This document shows positions 8,150-16,223 of a stretch of 64,000 bases of DNA, one piece after another (position 1 is the stretch's first letter; every line of letters starts with the position of its first letter). The position numbers and the translations under genes were made by a program. The notes under the pieces are model-generated. The model made no database searches. It was given only the letters and a program-made list of their open reading frames with translations, and was not told where the DNA came from. Source of the DNA: a candidate division WWE3 bacterium RAAC2_WWE3_1 (GTDB taxonomy: Bacteria; Patescibacteriota; WWE3; UBA101185; UBA10185); contig CP006914.1 of NCBI GenBank assembly GCA_000503835.1, positions 379,909 to 443,908 on the forward strand, read 5' to 3'.

Positions 8150-9489
8150 GTCTGCCTTACCTCCTTTCTTCGGATTTTTCTTCCCTCATACACGAGTATA
8201 GCGGGAAGTACGCCTTTCATCAGCTCGCACATAACTGATGGTTCTCCCAATGTGTTTGCGCTTAAAGCAAGCACGGCACATCCACCGCAGCACACATGTC
8301 GCCAAAGGCATTCGCCGCAAACCCCATCTCTACCTAAGGTTTCGACATGAGTTGCAAAAGGCAAGATGCCCCCTCTATCCAAAGCACGCCCCAGAGGCTT
8401 ATCAACGGTCATTTGGCAAAAGCAGACATTAGCTTCTGGGTCAACGGCGAAGTAGTTGCTACCCCCACCACAGATCCTTGTCCTGCTACCGTCAAACTGG
8501 ATACCGTTGAAGCTTAGTCTTGGAAGCTCGTTGTCAGGAAGTAGGCTGACTTGTTCCAAGAATGCAACCATCTTGCTAGTAACGTGGTCTACATTCATGG
8601 TCAAACCCACGCCGTGCTCGTAATCCCGGGACAGGCTTAGACTGAGTGTTAGACCTTTCCCTCTGACATACTGCATTAGCTCCCAAAGCCCGTCTACGTT
8701 CTTATCAGAAATCGTAGTTAGAATGGTTGGTTTAATCCCAGCCAATATCAAAGTTTCGATTCCTTGAAGAACGTGCTCCACACTTGGTCGGCCGTCTGCG
8801 TACTTTCGGGCATCGTTGTAGCTACCAAGCCCATCAAGCGATACCATCACGGAGAAGCCTTTCTCGTTTAGGAAGTGGGCTTTGGCCTCCGTAACCAATG
8901 TACCGTTGGTGATTATCGCCAACCGGACCTTGACACCCAAGGGCTCTAGTTTAGCCTTTGTTTGGTCTACCAAGTAAGCAATTATCTCCGTGTAAATAAG
9001 CGGTTCGCCACCAGCAAATTTCAACTCTACTTCTTTAACCTGTTGGGCCTCTACATCGTTGTGTAAAGCGGTAACGATTGCGTCGCACGCTTCCTTGGTC
9101 AGTCTGCGTTTGCCTTTATGCACATAGCAGTATTCGCACCGCAGATTACAGGCGTCCGTAACATGTATCCAGAGAGCCACGGACTTTGCACGTCTGGCCT
9201 TGGCTTTCTCCTGCTTAGGAACCTTCTTACCAAAAAGCCCCTCTTCCAGGAGAAACTGGATTATGGCGTGTAAAGACTCTTCCCAATCAGTATCATCTCT
9301 TGACTGGAGAATTTCCTGAAGGGTTAAACCGTTTGCCAGTTGTTCGTATACGTACAGAGCCGCGTCTGAAAGTACAAATGCCTTGCCGGAACCGTAAGGA
9401 CTGTAGATCACCGCCTCACCATTTTGTAGGTTTAGCTTAATGTGACCTGACATGTCCAATAACAGTCCCTGATACGTCAGGTCTGTCAT
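8146..9489 (-). CDS. Radical SAM/SPASM-domain peptide-modifying enzyme with N-terminal PqqD/RRE-like leader-binding domain
   Basis: CxxxCxxC at residues 114-121 (ACNLRCEYC); C-terminal auxiliary-cluster Cys pattern C-x16-CxC ... CGECLWRHVCCGGC (Cx2Cx5Cx3C) ... C typical of SPASM; ~100-aa N-terminal extension (SGKAFVLSDAALYVYEQLANGLTLQEILQ) resembles RRE; GGAGAG SD 7 nt upstream of ATG. Confidence 0.85.
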   Translation of the reverse strand: MTDLTYQGLLLDMSGHIKLNLQNGEAVIYSPYGSGKAFVLSDAALYVYEQLANGLTLQEILQSRDDTDWEESLHAIIQFLLEEGLFGKKVPKQEKAKARRAKSVALWIHVTDACNLRCEYCYVHKGKRRLTKEACDAIVTALHNDVEAQQVKEVELKFAGGEPLIYTEIIAYLVDQTKAKLEPLGVKVRLAIITNGTLVTEAKAHFLNEKGFSVMVSLDGLGSYNDARKYADGRPSVEHVLQGIETLILAGIKPTILTTISDKNVDGLWELMQYVRGKGLTLSLSLSRDYEHGVGLTMNVDHVTSKMVAFLEQVSLLPDNELPRLSFNGIQFDGSRTRICGGGSNYFAVDPEANVCFCQMTVDKPLGRALDRGGILPFATHVETLGRDGVCGECLWRHVCCGGCAVLALSANTLGEPSVMCELMKGVLPAILVYEGRKIRRKEVRQT

Positions 9490-9793
9490 GATGATCTCTC
9501 CTTTCAGTTGTATTTTGATTGTTGCCGTAGTTATAGCATAATTGTCGTATAGAGTAAAACCGAATTACCCACATGACTGCTGATTACTGTAGTATAATGA
9601 CCTCAACGATTCATCACTTCAAAGAAAGGAGTAGCACCGTGGGTAGACTTAGTGATTTAGGTATTTACGTATCCAAGTCTGAGGATCGGCATTAAGACTC
9701 AGATTGCCCGGCGGACTGCGAAATACCCGGTGACTGCGACGAAGGGCAGCACCCGCCCCAATCCTAACAGCCTAATAGAAAGAAGGAGCATTT
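9490..9793. promoter_or_regulatory. Divergent intergenic/promoter region of the rSAM operon and the 283-aa gene, containing a direct repeat GACTGCGA (x2, 18-bp spacing) and a small hairpin
   Basis: GACTGCGA at 9714..9721 and 9732..9739; hairpin TCTGAG(9677-9682)/CTCAGA(9698-9703); SD elements for both divergent genes at the edges. Confidence 0.3.
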
Positions 9794-10645
9794 GTGTTTG
9801 TTTTAATGCACATACGCCCCATTTCTCGATATATGTCAATAAGTCTTGGATTAATAAATAAAAATAAAAGAATAAGCGTCACCGAAATTATCGATAGCTA
9901 CGTTAATTCGCTGAACTCTGTTTTCGTTAATTCGGAGCTAGAATCTTTTGTCTACTCCAAAGAAAAAGGAGTTGTTTCATTGTTATTTGAGGGTAACGTT
10001 GAGAATTTCAATACTCAGGACGCAGGTCTACTAATCCAAACAGACAATATACTTGATAGAGAAATCACAACCATAAAAGTAGTTCATGAGAACTCATACA
10101 AATCCAGACAAAATTTATCAAATAGGCTCTCGTTTCTAAAGAGGCTAGAATGCGGTTTTGTACTCCTGGAACATACCGCACTGATAGACGATGTTTCTAA
10201 GAGACCTCCGAGAAAAACTACAAACGGCAACCTCTATTTGCCTGTTGGAGCCATTACAACGTATTTCAATCCCGATTCAACTGATTCGCGCTATGCAAAC
10301 GATAGACGTGGGGTTGATTTCCGAGAGTCAGTTGATTCTCCAGATATTATTACCACCACAGATTTGTATTATTCAAGTTTCATTGATAACAAAAATTTGG
10401 ATGGACTAACTGCTCCAGACCAATGCGGTTTGCAACACTTTACTACAGTAGTACATAATGTCGACGGTAAGCTTAATATATCATTTTTGCAGAATCAGAA
10501 TGCTAAGTTAGCCAGATACTTTTTCGAACCCGAAATTGTATTTTGCAGTAACGATTTTATCCTAAGAACATTTAGGGGTATTAGGTACCCACAGCAAGAG
10601 ATTTCCCTAAAAAATAATTTGCGAAAAGCATCTTTCGAGGTTTAA
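9794..10645 (+). CDS. Hypothetical protein (283 aa), divergent from rSAM gene
   Basis: GTG start with AAGGAG SD 6-7 nt upstream; no recognisable motif. Confidence 0.5.
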   Translation: MFVLMHIRPISRYMSISLGLINKNKRISVTEIIDSYVNSLNSVFVNSELESFVYSKEKGVVSLLFEGNVENFNTQDAGLLIQTDNILDREITTIKVVHENSYKSRQNLSNRLSFLKRLECGFVLLEHTALIDDVSKRPPRKTTNGNLYLPVGAITTYFNPDSTDSRYANDRRGVDFRESVDSPDIITTTDLYYSSFIDNKNLDGLTAPDQCGLQHFTTVVHNVDGKLNISFLQNQNAKLARYFFEPEIVFCSNDFILRTFRGIRYPQQEISLKNNLRKASFEV

Positions 10646-10750
10646 GTACCGGTTATACCTTCGCAAATTCCAGAATGTACATATAATCTGTATTTGTAAT
10701 AAAATAGTTGCAAACATCTTCTCGTGCAGTCGACCAGAAAAGTAAATATT

Positions 10751-11257
10751 ATGCCACGCAGAATATTCATCGGAATCAAACCCGACGACCACATAATCAG
10801 AGACATCAAATCCATGCACGAACAGCTAGCATTTCTGCCGGTGCACTGGGTTCCGCTCGAAAACCTGCACACAACCCTCATTCCTCCGTGGAAGCCGACA
10901 AACTACGAAAAAGATCTCGAAACGTTCAACTCGCTGAAAATAAAACAGCCATCGGCGCCCCTTACATTTACATCCGTTACATTTTTCAAACCAAAAAATA
11001 TGTTATGGGCAGTTGGACATAATTCTGAAACCCTATGCCCGATAATAGAAAACCTGCGTAACGCTTTTAATTTTGCTAAAGACGAAAGGGAATATTTGAT
11101 GCATATAACCCTGGCAAAACATGTTGCAGCCGAACTCAGCATTCCGGAAGTAAAAATACAGTGGCAGTTTGTCCCTACAGAACTAACTTTATTTGAGACT
11201 GTACAAACCAAAGGCGAAACACAATACAAAACCCTCTCTACTATAAGCATGACGTGA
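10751..11257 (+). CDS. ligT: RNA 2',3'-cyclic phosphodiesterase / 2'-5' RNA ligase family (2H phosphoesterase, LigT/ThpR)
   Basis: Two H-x-T/S-x motifs (HTTL and HITL) spaced ~80 aa, hallmark of the 2H superfamily; start taken at internal Met ([11 protein letters not shown]). Confidence 0.7.
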   Translation: MPRRIFIGIKPDDHIIRDIKSMHEQLAFLPVHWVPLENLHTTLIPPWKPTNYEKDLETFNSLKIKQPSAPLTFTSVTFFKPKNMLWAVGHNSETLCPIIENLRNAFNFAKDEREYLMHITLAKHVAAELSIPEVKIQWQFVPTELTLFETVQTKGETQYKTLSTISMT

Positions 11258-11270
11258 TATCATTGAACTT

Positions 11271-12212
11271 ATGAAAACAGTATTAGTAACAGGCGGCGCA
11301 GGATTTTTAGGAAGTCACCTTTGCGATTACTTAATTAATAAAGGTGAAAAAGTTATTTGCGTTGATAATCTTTTTACCGGAGATAAGAAAAATATTGAGC
11401 ATCTTTTGGAAAACCCCAATTTCAGATTTATAAACCACGACATCATTGATCCGTTGTATGTAGAGGACACAATCATCGATCAAATTTATAATCTCGCCTG
11501 TCCGGCATCACCGATTCACTATCAATTTAATCCAGTCAGAACTATTAAAGCTAACACCATCGGCGTTATAAATATGCTCGGTCTCGCCAAAACCCATAAA
11601 GCGAGGATATTGCAGGCTTCAACATCGGAAATTTATGGAGACCCCCTCGAACATCCTCAAAAAGAATCCTACCGCGGCAACGTAAACACAATCGGACCCA
11701 GAGCCTGTTACGACGAAGGCAAAAGGGTAGCAGAAACGCTTTTTTTCGACTACCACAGACAACACAATCTTGAAATTAAAGTCATTAGAATATTCAACAC
11801 ATACGGACCGCGTATGGCTCAAAACGACGGCAGGGTAGTATCGAATTTTATTTTGCAGGCACTGAGAAACGAACCTATCCAAATCTACGGTGACGGAAAA
11901 CAAACAAGATCATTTTGTTTCGTATCCGATCTAATAGAAGGAATGTATAGAATGATGAACACCGATGACTTTATAGGTCCCGTAAATATCGGAAATCCCG
12001 GAGAATTTACAATGCTCGAACTCGCAGAAAAAGTTATCGAGCTAACAGGTTCGAAATCGGAAATTATTCACAAACCGCTACCAACGGATGACCCTATGAA
12101 AAGAAAACCGGATATAACGCTGGCCAAAGAAAAATTAAAATGGGAACCTAAAGTACAACTGGCCGAGGGGTTAAAACAAACGATAGATTATTTTAGATTA
12201 GCCATCGAGTAA
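11271..12212 (+). CDS. UDP-glucuronate decarboxylase (UDP-xylose synthase), NAD-dependent SDR epimerase/dehydratase family
   Basis: [11 protein letters not shown] Rossmann motif, VDNLFTG, catalytic YDEGKR (YxxxK), strong resemblance to UXS enzymes. Confidence 0.85.
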   Translation: MKTVLVTGGAGFLGSHLCDYLINKGEKVICVDNLFTGDKKNIEHLLENPNFRFINHDIIDPLYVEDTIIDQIYNLACPASPIHYQFNPVRTIKANTIGVINMLGLAKTHKARILQASTSEIYGDPLEHPQKESYRGNVNTIGPRACYDEGKRVAETLFFDYHRQHNLEIKVIRIFNTYGPRMAQNDGRVVSNFILQALRNEPIQIYGDGKQTRSFCFVSDLIEGMYRMMNTDDFIGPVNIGNPGEFTMLELAEKVIELTGSKSEIIHKPLPTDDPMKRKPDITLAKEKLKWEPKVQLAEGLKQTIDYFRLAIE

Positions 12213-12284
12213 ATCTCTAATCTCCTTAGAATCAATTTTTGTACATAGCAATTTTTTTATGTTATTCTTTTTGAGAATAGAAAT

Positions 12285-13085
12285 ATGAGTAGCTATCCCA
12301 AATTTTTTACAAAAGAAGGAAGAACTTTACGCCCTTTAAATATTCCCACGGTTGATGCTTCTTTTTCCAAAGAAAGAGGTCTTGATTCCATCAGTTCCTT
12401 GGTGTCGGAGAGCACCATTTTTCCGAATCATCCGCTAACACCGCGCAAAAACATACTTGAAACTATAAACACGAAGATAGAGCGTATGACAGCGGCCTTA
12501 CCCATTCAAAAATATGCGACCATGGGATTCGCAGTAGCATTAATAACGATTACCGGTATTACAGTTCACGCAGCAGTCGTCCCCCGAAAAATTTCTTTCA
12601 CGGAAGACGACGGTTACAACATTTATTCCTCCAAACCTCTTACCTACGATTACGCAGTTTCAAAGGTTAGCACGAAAGATTCAAGGGCAGAAAAGATCGA
12701 CGGCGTCTTTAACATTTATAAATGCCCTTTAGAAGGACTAGGCGGCAAGTTTGTAGAGGAAGCCGATAAATACGGTATCCCCTGGTGGTTAACAGCTTCC
12801 GTAGCGTTCAAAGAATCCAGCTGTGGCAAGAACACACCTACGGTAGACGGCCGGGAAAGCTACAACGCATGGGGTTGGGGAGTTTACGGTGATAACGTTC
12901 GTTCTTTCGACAACTTCGCCCGTGGTATTGAGACTGTGTCCAAGTACTTTTCCGACAAATTCTATTCGCGGGGTATTGAGGATCCCTGCGAGATTATGAA
13001 AGTGTATACTCCGCCCTCGGACGGTTCCTGGTGCCGCGATGTCGTTCACTTTTCGGAGGTTTTTGACCAGTACCGAACCCTTTAA
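12285..13085 (+). CDS. Membrane-anchored protein with C-terminal lysozyme-like (SLT/glucosaminidase-like) domain; paralog of next gene
   Basis: TM helix MGFAVALITITGITVHAAVV; C-terminal block YGIPWWLTASVAFKESSCGK...YNAWGWGVYGDN...YTPPSDGSW shared with 13152..13724. Confidence 0.5.
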   Translation: MSSYPKFFTKEGRTLRPLNIPTVDASFSKERGLDSISSLVSESTIFPNHPLTPRKNILETINTKIERMTAALPIQKYATMGFAVALITITGITVHAAVVPRKISFTEDDGYNIYSSKPLTYDYAVSKVSTKDSRAEKIDGVFNIYKCPLEGLGGKFVEEADKYGIPWWLTASVAFKESSCGKNTPTVDGRESYNAWGWGVYGDNVRSFDNFARGIETVSKYFSDKFYSRGIEDPCEIMKVYTPPSDGSWCRDVVHFSEVFDQYRTL

Positions 13086-13151
13086 TCTTTTCTAAAGAAT
13101 AACCCTATAGTATTTGACGGGTGAGCTAAATATGGTAGAATTAACGTTTGT

Positions 13152-13724
13152 ATGTGGAGAAAACCTCGGTTTAAACCGACGGTCATAGTCCTTTCCGCGC
13201 TAGTTTACGCTATTGCGGTACTAGGGGGAATGATCTCCACCAAAGCTGAGGCAAATGGAAAGATTTTAGCATCTTCCGGACAGGCCGAGACAGCTTTGGT
13301 TAAAGTAACTGTCGAGTATAAAAAGGTTAATAGGGAAGAGGTGCTAACAGCCTTCTTCGAAGACTTAAAGTCCCCTCTTAAACCTAATGCAAAGAAATTT
13401 ATCGAAGTTGCTGATAAATACGGGTTAGATTATCGTTTGCTGCCGGCCATTTCATGTATGGAGTCGACCTGCGGTAAGCGTATAATTCCCGAATCATATA
13501 ACCCTTTCGGGTGGGGCATTTACGGAAATACCCATATTGCTTTTGCTTCGTTTGACGAAGCAATCGAAACGGTGGGTAAAGGATTGGCTGAAAACTATGT
13601 TTCTAGGGGATTTGATACTCCCCGTGAAATAGCGCCGATCTACACCCCTCCCAACCACGTTAACTGGCTGAATGGAGTTAATTACTTCTATAGCAGGATG
13701 GAAACGCTGGAAGGACAAATTTAA
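13152..13724 (+). CDS. Membrane-anchored protein with lysozyme-like domain (paralog of 12285..13085)
   Basis: N-terminal TM TVIVLSALVYAIAVLGGMI; conserved block YGLDYRLLPAISCMESTCGK...YNPFGWGIYGNT...YTPPNHVNW. Confidence 0.5.
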   Translation: MWRKPRFKPTVIVLSALVYAIAVLGGMISTKAEANGKILASSGQAETALVKVTVEYKKVNREEVLTAFFEDLKSPLKPNAKKFIEVADKYGLDYRLLPAISCMESTCGKRIIPESYNPFGWGIYGNTHIAFASFDEAIETVGKGLAENYVSRGFDTPREIAPIYTPPNHVNWLNGVNYFYSRMETLEGQI

Positions 13725-13844
13725 TAGAAAAAACCGAATAGGGAAGGGCGGTTTAAGTACCGCCCTTTCTTTATGCTTTAATTAGGTGGTTTGGTTGGTA
13801 TAATATGGGAGCTAACTGGACTTAACTACGGGCTGGAAATATTT

Positions 13845-13878
13845 GGGCGAGTGGCGGAATGGCATACGCGCACGGCTT
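13845..13878 (+). repeat. 34-nt exact duplicate of the 5' half of tRNA-Leu (acceptor 5' strand through the 5' side of the anticodon loop), 98 nt upstream of the intact gene
   Basis: GGGCGAGTGGCGGAATGGCATACGCGCACGGCTT occurs at 13845..13878 and again at 13943..13976; first copy does not continue into a tRNA. Confidence 0.7.
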
Positions 13879-13942
13879 TAGTTTACTAACGTAAGCCGCC
13901 CAAGGATATAGTACTGAGAAACTTTAAAACTGAATAGTTCGG

Positions 13943-14026
13943 GGGCGAGTGGCGGAATGGCATACGCGCACGGCTTAGAACCGTGTTCCGAAAGGATTGG
14001 AGGTTCGAGTCCTCTCTCGCCCACCA
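13943..14026 (+). tRNA. tRNA-Leu (anticodon UAG), long variable arm, CCA encoded
   Basis: Acceptor GGGCGAG/CTCGCCC, anticodon stem CACGG/CCGTG, loop CTTAGAA, variable stem-loop TCCGAAAGGA, T-loop TTCGAGT, 3' ACCA. Confidence 0.85.
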
Positions 14027-14099
14027 TATTTTATGTTGGTTTAACAACCCCATTTTAACAAAACCCAAAAGGGACTCGAACTTTTGATACAATTAAGTT

Positions 14100-14720
14100 A
14101 TGGCAACACCTATCACTCACATAGTACTAACAGAAAAAGTTTTTAATAATCTATTTAATAATTTTAATAAAAAAGATTTTATAATCGGGACTAGTTTTCC
14201 AGATATAAGATACCTAGGAACAATAGGTAGAGAGAAAACTCATATTAATGTAAATAACCTTGTAGATCTAAGAGACAATAATCCATTCTTTGCAGGAATG
14301 AAGTTTCACACGTTAGTAGATAAAATCAGGGAAGATTTCTTACTTTCGAGAAATATCTATTCAAAATGTCCAGAATCCAAATACATAACTAAATCTATAA
14401 AGTTTGTTGAAGATAAAATTCTCTATGATAAAGTTACTAATTGGATTAGCTACCAAAATTATTTCGATAATTTACTACAGGAAGAGCTCGAATCAGGTGC
14501 AGGGAAAGAAGCTGTTTCTCAATGGCATGGCGTACTAAAGAAATATTTTGCAAAGAAACCAAACGAAGAAAGCATTCGTACTTTTGTTGCAGAAATCAAT
14601 TTACCAGAAAACGTAGCGACAGAGATACAAAATAACGTGAATGTGATTGAAAATATTCCAGAAATTAATATGTACGTAGAAGATTTATACAACACTTTTG
14701 AAGAGTTACTTAAAAAGTAA
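14100..14720 (+). CDS. Hypothetical protein (206 aa), strongly AT-rich coding sequence (islet gene)
   Basis: ORF immediately downstream of tRNA-Leu; composition visibly more AT-rich (~30% GC) than surrounding genes; no motif recognised. Confidence 0.5.
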   Translation: MATPITHIVLTEKVFNNLFNNFNKKDFIIGTSFPDIRYLGTIGREKTHINVNNLVDLRDNNPFFAGMKFHTLVDKIREDFLLSRNIYSKCPESKYITKSIKFVEDKILYDKVTNWISYQNYFDNLLQEELESGAGKEAVSQWHGVLKKYFAKKPNEESIRTFVAEINLPENVATEIQNNVNVIENIPEINMYVEDLYNTFEELLKK

Positions 14721-14821
14721 AATTAGTTCGCGCATCCTCACAAATGGTCCACCATATTTTCTGCATTGATACATCATCATATACAAAATAAAGATCGAAC
14801 TTTTTAAGCTATAATTAACAC

Positions 14822-15538
14822 ATGGTTACTAAAGGGATTACTGTACTGAAAAATATTATCGAAACTAATCCGCTATGGTATCAAGATGACCAAATAAAAT
14901 ACTTCATCAACTTATTCAATAAAAATACACTTACAAAGCGGGAAAAGTCAGATAAGAATAATTTTAAAACTTTATTGAAAGAGACTATCTTTTATATAGA
15001 TAGCAGTGGTTATAATTGGGATCAATGGCGACTGCCTATCGAGTATGCAGTAATACACCATACTTCAAGTTCACCAACAATAGGCTTGAAAGAACTAAAT
15101 GTGTTAGGACTGAGACTTTACATTCAACAGTATTTAACTGACAAAGATGTTAAAGATCAACCGCTTTATTCGGGACATTATTGGGTGGGACAACCCGAAA
15201 TTATAGAAAACATGACATTTGTTAGCTACCACTTTTTAGTAAGACCTAACGGTAAAATCATCCAGCTAACCGATACTTCTGCGTATCTATGGCATGCGGG
15301 AAATCTTGAAATAAATAGAAAATCTATAGGAATAGCGTTAGCTGGGAAATTTATAGATAAAGAACCAACTGCGGAAGCATTAATCTCAGCAGCAAGCATC
15401 ATAAAGAAATATAATATAGATGCGAATAAAGTCTTTGGTCACAAGGAGGTGATAAAGAAAGATCTACTTGGAGAGACAGAATGCCCGGGAAACTTATTTT
15501 CTGAAGGCTGGAAAAGTAAATTAATTTTCAATCTGTGA
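14822..15538 (+). CDS. N-acetylmuramoyl-L-alanine amidase (Amidase_2/PGRP-type, endolysin-like)
   Basis: Zn-ligand pattern AVIHHT ... WHAGN ... GHKEV ... ECPG characteristic of Amidase_2; AT-rich. Confidence 0.8.
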   Translation: MVTKGITVLKNIIETNPLWYQDDQIKYFINLFNKNTLTKREKSDKNNFKTLLKETIFYIDSSGYNWDQWRLPIEYAVIHHTSSSPTIGLKELNVLGLRLYIQQYLTDKDVKDQPLYSGHYWVGQPEIIENMTFVSYHFLVRPNGKIIQLTDTSAYLWHAGNLEINRKSIGIALAGKFIDKEPTAEALISAASIIKKYNIDANKVFGHKEVIKKDLLGETECPGNLFSEGWKSKLIFNL

Positions 15539-15641
15539 TAGCACAATAGTTCTCACTTGGTCGCTAGGAACCCACCACACATACTATCTATTCAGGTGAG
15601 TAATCCTGCCATCAAATCCGATTGACACTCTGTACATAGTA

Positions 15642-15911
15642 TTGTACATTCAAAACATGGACAAACTAATGTCGTTATCAAACGCCAGGGCATCTTTTCC
15701 CGAGATAGTCCGTAAAGTAAGCACTACTCTAAGTAGGGTAGTTATTACTGTAAACGGACAGCCAAAGGCTACACTGGTCAGCGCCGAAGAATTAGAATCT
15801 CTCGAAGAAACTGCAGAGGTTCTCTCAATTCCCGGAGCTAAAGACAGCATAATAAAAGGGTTGAAACAAGCTAAAAAGGGTACCGGAACCGCACTTTCTG
15901 ATATTGAGTAA
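15642..15911 (+). CDS. Type II antitoxin, Phd/YefM family
   Basis: Small acidic protein with Phd/YefM-like N-terminus (LSNARASFPEIVRKVSTTLSRVVITVNGQPKATLVS) immediately upstream (6-bp gap) of a RelE/ParE-like gene; true start may be ATG at 15657. Confidence 0.75.
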   Translation: MYIQNMDKLMSLSNARASFPEIVRKVSTTLSRVVITVNGQPKATLVSAEELESLEETAEVLSIPGAKDSIIKGLKQAKKGTGTALSDIE

Positions 15912-15917
15912 GACAAT

Positions 15918-16166
15918 ATGCAGGTAATTATTACCCCGACCGCATTAAAACAATATAAACACCTTCAAAAGTCCGACCAAACAAAAATTAAAAATAAAAT
16001 TCTTTTATTGGAAAAGCACCCCACGGAAGGAAAGAAACTAGCGGGAAAATTAGCTGAAGTAAGATCACTAAGAGCATGGCCCTACAGAATACTATATTAC
16101 GTGGGTAAAAAAGAAAGAAAAATATTTATCGTAACCATTGCGCACAGGCAGGGAGTGTATAAATAG
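15918..16166 (+). CDS. Type II toxin, RelE/ParE family
   Basis: 82-aa basic protein, C-terminal RelE-like region WPYRILYYVGKKERKIFIVTIAHRQ. Confidence 0.75.
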   Translation: MQVIITPTALKQYKHLQKSDQTKIKNKILLLEKHPTEGKKLAGKLAEVRSLRAWPYRILYYVGKKERKIFIVTIAHRQGVYK

Positions 16167-16223
16167 AGTAGGTGTTTTACGCTCACTGTTTCCTTCCCAC
16201 TAAATATCTCATACAATTAGCAT

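Noticed and set aside
7816-8350. Several overlapping ORFs (7816..8121 -, 7934..8350 +, 7939..8145 +) around the Cys-rich peptide gene
   Set aside because: Low-complexity Ala/Ser-rich translations generated by the repetitive TGC/GAC codon array of the peptide gene in other frames; only the frame coupled to the rSAM gene has a sensible context.
13845-14026. Intron-containing or split tRNA-Leu
   Set aside because: The downstream copy folds into a complete canonical tRNA on its own. The upstream 34-mer has no matching 3' half, so it is treated as a duplicated fragment rather than an exon.
13886-14092. 68-aa minus-strand ORF
   Set aside because: Overlaps tRNA-Leu and its partial duplicate; no RBS; artefact.
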